Below the pieces are notes generated by a model that was not told the origin of the DNA, did not search any database, and saw only the letters and a program-made list of their open reading frames with translations. From NCBI GenBank assembly GCA_963554175.1, contig CAUVQU010000002.1, forward strand, positions 10,714-74,713: 64,000 bases of DNA, written 5' to 3'. How positions within the stretch are numbered: the first letter of the stretch is position 1; the number at the start of each line of letters is the position of its first letter. This DNA comes from an uncultured Candidatus Saccharibacteria bacterium (lineage in GTDB: Bacteria > Patescibacteriota > Saccharimonadia > Saccharimonadales > Saccharimonadaceae). This document shows positions 61,536 to 64,000 of the stretch, one piece after another. A program made the translations under genes and the position numbers.

Positions 61536-63203
61536 ATGTCTCATATCATCGGAATCGATTTTGGATCAACTAATACCACTGTCGCATATGCAGATGGTGA
61601 TGAAATAATTGTAATTCCGGACGGAAACGGGAATGAGAGTTTTCCTTCGATAGTTTCCATAAAAGACGATGGTGAATTCCTGGTCGGGCGTGATGCGCAA
61701 AAGAGATCACTTCTCTATCCGGAAGAAACATTTTTTGGGATTAAACGATTATTGGGTTTGAAACCAGGCGATTATGTGACTGAAAATCATCCAGAGATTG
61801 TCTGTAAAGATGGGGTAGTTTGTGTAAAGTCTAACAATAAAACATATAGTCCTGAACTTATTGCTTCTGCTATTCTCAAAAAAGCGAAAGAGATTGCTGA
61901 GAATTATTTGAATGAAGAAATAAAGGAGGCAATAGTTACCATCCCGGCATATTTTAATATATCTCAGCGTCATGCTATTAAAAAGGCTGGCGAGATGGCG
62001 GGTCTAAAAATTAAAAGATTTATAAACGGTTCGACGGCTGCTGCCGTAACCTATGGTATGCTTGCGAGGGACACTAAGAAAATTTACCAAAAAGAGACAG
62101 TGATTACGGATGGCATGCTAAGGTCGGAACGGGTTGTTCTTAAGGACAAGAAGATCGAGTTTGACGGAAAGATGGTGGTGATTGATTTTGGTGGTGGCAC
62201 ATTGGACGTATCAATTCTTGAGGTTGGAGACGGTGTCTATGATGTGCTTTCAATTTGTGGTAATAAGATGCTGGGGGGTGAGGATTTTGATGCCGCTATC
62301 GCAAAACACATAATTAGTGACATTGCAGAAAAATATGGTAGATGTCTACAAAATAATTCTTCGACCAGGAGACGTATACTAGAGGCGGCTAAGATGGCAA
62401 AAGAAGATTTATCTTCATCTAAAACAGTTGAAATCAATATTCCCTATCTCCTAAAAACAAAAGATGGACTGAGAAATTATAATAGCACTTTATTACAAGA
62501 GGATCTAAAAGTAATCTTCGCCAATTTATTGGACAAAATGAGAGAACCGATTAAACAAGCGATTGCGGACGCTTCGTGCACTGACAAGAAAAGTATAAAA
62601 AGAGTAGTGTTGGTCGGCGGGATGACTAGAATGCCTATATTTAGAGGAGTAATCAAAGAATATTTCGGAAAAGAACCGTCTTGTGATATTAATCCATATA
62701 CGGCTGTGGCTATGGGTGCGGCTATTATAGGTGGAGTGCTTACTGGTAATATTAAGAATGTTACATTGTTGGATGTTACGTCACTGAGTTTTGGTGTAGA
62801 AATGAATGACGGTATAGTCTCGCCGTTGATAAAACGAAATTCCACAATTCCTACATCTGTGACAGAAACTTTTACGACAACGGATAAGAATAGCTCCAGT
62901 ATAAAGATACACATCGTGCAGGGTGAGAGTAGTAACGCGCAGGATAATGAATCAGTTGGCTATATAACTGTTAATGATTTGGACCCGAAATTAAATGGAG
63001 AACAGAAGATTGAGATAACATTTTTGGTTGATAGCGATGGTATTCTAAAAGTTTCTGCCGAAAATAAAAGCACTCATAAAAAGGTATCCATAGTTGCCGA
63101 TGGTGATATTGGGGCTATGCAAAAAATTGAATGCACCGATGGTAATGAAGGCACTGATAAAGTTATTGAAGATAAAAAACGTTGGTGGAATAGGAAAAAG
63201 TAG
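61536..63203 (+). CDS. HscC-like short Hsp70 family ATPase
   Basis: IIGIDFGSTNTTVA, VIDFGGGTLDVSIL, VVLVGGMTRMP, SBD LLDVTSLSFGVEM. 555 aa, with no C-terminal lid region or EEVD tail. Starts 4 nt after the upstream stop. Confidence 0.8.
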   Translation: MSHIIGIDFGSTNTTVAYADGDEIIVIPDGNGNESFPSIVSIKDDGEFLVGRDAQKRSLLYPEETFFGIKRLLGLKPGDYVTENHPEIVCKDGVVCVKSNNKTYSPELIASAILKKAKEIAENYLNEEIKEAIVTIPAYFNISQRHAIKKAGEMAGLKIKRFINGSTAAAVTYGMLARDTKKIYQKETVITDGMLRSERVVLKDKKIEFDGKMVVIDFGGGTLDVSILEVGDGVYDVLSICGNKMLGGEDFDAAIAKHIISDIAEKYGRCLQNNSSTRRRILEAAKMAKEDLSSSKTVEINIPYLLKTKDGLRNYNSTLLQEDLKVIFANLLDKMREPIKQAIADASCTDKKSIKRVVLVGGMTRMPIFRGVIKEYFGKEPSCDINPYTAVAMGAAIIGGVLTGNIKNVTLLDVTSLSFGVEMNDGIVSPLIKRNSTIPTSVTETFTTTDKNSSSIKIHIVQGESSNAQDNESVGYITVNDLDPKLNGEQKIEITFLVDSDGILKVSAENKSTHKKVSIVADGDIGAMQKIECTDGNEGTDKVIEDKKRWWNRKK

Positions 63204-63529
63204 GAAGTCGGCTCACTACAATCATAATATTAATCGTGTGCCGGAGGTTTTGCAGGGTGTATTGTTGTCGGAATTATTATATATACATAGTCTTATTATA
63301 TCGTAAAAATAAGTCCCTACGGGTGTGCTAGTTGCCTGGTGTTTTTCGTACATAGATATCTGATTTATTGAAATAAAAAAAGAATACCTCTATTCTATTT
63401 TTCTCTTCATAGAGCAAAAAACTATATTATTTTCTTCCTTGCCTTTTATGTTTTCTTAATGTTTTTTAAGGTTAAATATAAGTATATAATATACTGGTTA
63501 CTTGCGTTAATTGCGTTATAATTACAATC

Positions 63530-64000
63530 ATGGATAAGGTAAATGTATTACTTACAGAAGCCAATGGTAGTCTTTCTAACAATAAAGAGATGATTATAGA
63601 CGCTGTTAAAGCTGCCGAGGGATATGCATTTTCTAAACTAAAAATTGATTGGGATATTGATTTGCTTGTCACAAATCGCTTATATGATATTATCATTCCT
63701 GAAGATGGAGTTGGCGGACGCACACGAACTAATGACTTTATTGAGTTTGCGATAGATGAAGAAAAAGCAACTGAAAGCCTGATTTCCGAGATGGTTGCGC
63801 ATGAACTTTGTCACGCGGCCCGTTGGGGTAAAAACGACGAGTGGATCAACTCGCTATTTGACGGAGTGATTAGCGAAGGTATCGCAACTTATCTTGAGGC
63901 AGAATTCATTAAGGATCGGACTGAAAAAACAGTATTTATTAAAACTATTCTGGAACGAAGTGATGAGGAAAATGAAAAGATTCTTGAAAAACTTCGTAGT
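63530..64000 (+). CDS. DUF2268-like putative zinc metalloprotease, 3' end outside the window
   Basis: Hand translation: MDKVNVLLTEANGSLSNNKEMIIDAVKAAEGYAF...ISEMVAHELCHAARWGKNDEW...GIATYLEAEF, with an HExxH motif. TATAAT 63517-63522 lies 7 nt before the ATG. Track ORF 63472..63723(-) is a shadow. Confidence 0.6.
   Translation, partial: MDKVNVLLTEANGSLSNNKEMIIDAVKAAEGYAFSKLKIDWDIDLLVTNRLYDIIIPEDGVGGRTRTNDFIEFAIDEEKATESLISEMVAHELCHAARWGKNDEWINSLFDGVISEGIATYLEAEFIKDRTEKTVFIKTILERSDEENEKILEKLRS

Noticed and set aside
63472-63723. 83-aa minus-strand ORF at the window end
   Set aside because: It is a shadow of the plus-strand DUF2268-like gene, which has an HExxH motif.
1-64000. CRISPR arrays, rRNA genes, transposases, and an alternative genetic code (UGA recoding)
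   Set aside because: No regularly spaced direct repeats or rRNA-like sequence were seen. Long ORFs end cleanly at TGA, TAA and TAG with terminators or coupled starts (for example TGA at 37244-37246). The tRNA-Trp has anticodon CCA, so the standard bacterial code fits.

Overview
64-kb window from a low-GC bacterial genome with short, densely packed genes. The gene content fits a Saccharibacteria/CPR-like or Gram-positive-like organism, but I cannot establish taxonomy from this sequence. All calls come from reading the sequence and the ORF track by eye; no searches were run.

Layout:
(1) 1-18.8 kb is ordinary chromosome. It holds a partial ABC exporter, inorganic pyrophosphatase, a CapA-like protein, a GH97 glycosidase, sortase, a YgjP-like metallopeptidase, tRNA-Trp(CCA), a surface-polysaccharide cluster (Wzx-like, Wzy-like, GT2, DUF4422), ribosomal protein L33, a Y-family polymerase cassette, a MYG1-family protein and a NUDIX hydrolase.
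(2) 18.8-49.4 kb is an accessory island made almost entirely of hypothetical genes.
- Many are single-gene cassettes with nearly identical promoters (TTGACA-N14-TGT-TAnnAT), long structured leaders and clean intrinsic terminators.
- A two-gene module occurs twice at about 60-70 percent protein identity by eye: an 830-950 aa protein with a protein-kinase-like motif set and a conserved C-terminal domain, plus a roughly 145-aa partner.
- The island also contains a protein fusing sigma-70 region 4 to an RNAP alpha-CTD-like domain, a P-loop protein with a possible Csx3-like domain, a second MYG1 paralog, and a translationally coupled five-gene operon built around a MoxR-type AAA+ ATPase and a VWA (MIDAS) protein.
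(3) 49.4-63.2 kb is a defence-type island. It has a HAD-like gene, a DUF2268-like gene remnant, a clan-A glycosidase-like gene and a complete Type III R-M system with a RhuM-family gene embedded between mod and res. These are followed by a tight four-gene cassette: an FtsK-like ATPase, a second FtsK-like ATPase with Arg in place of the Walker A Lys, a DUF262-DUF1524(GmrSD)-DUF4357 nuclease, and an HscC-like short Hsp70.
(4) A partial DUF2268-like metalloprotease gene runs off the right edge.

No rRNA, CRISPR array, integrase or transposase was seen.

The best candidates for undescribed systems are the duplicated kinase-like/partner module, the MoxR-VWA five-gene operon and the FtsK-FtsK-GmrSD-Hsp70 cassette.
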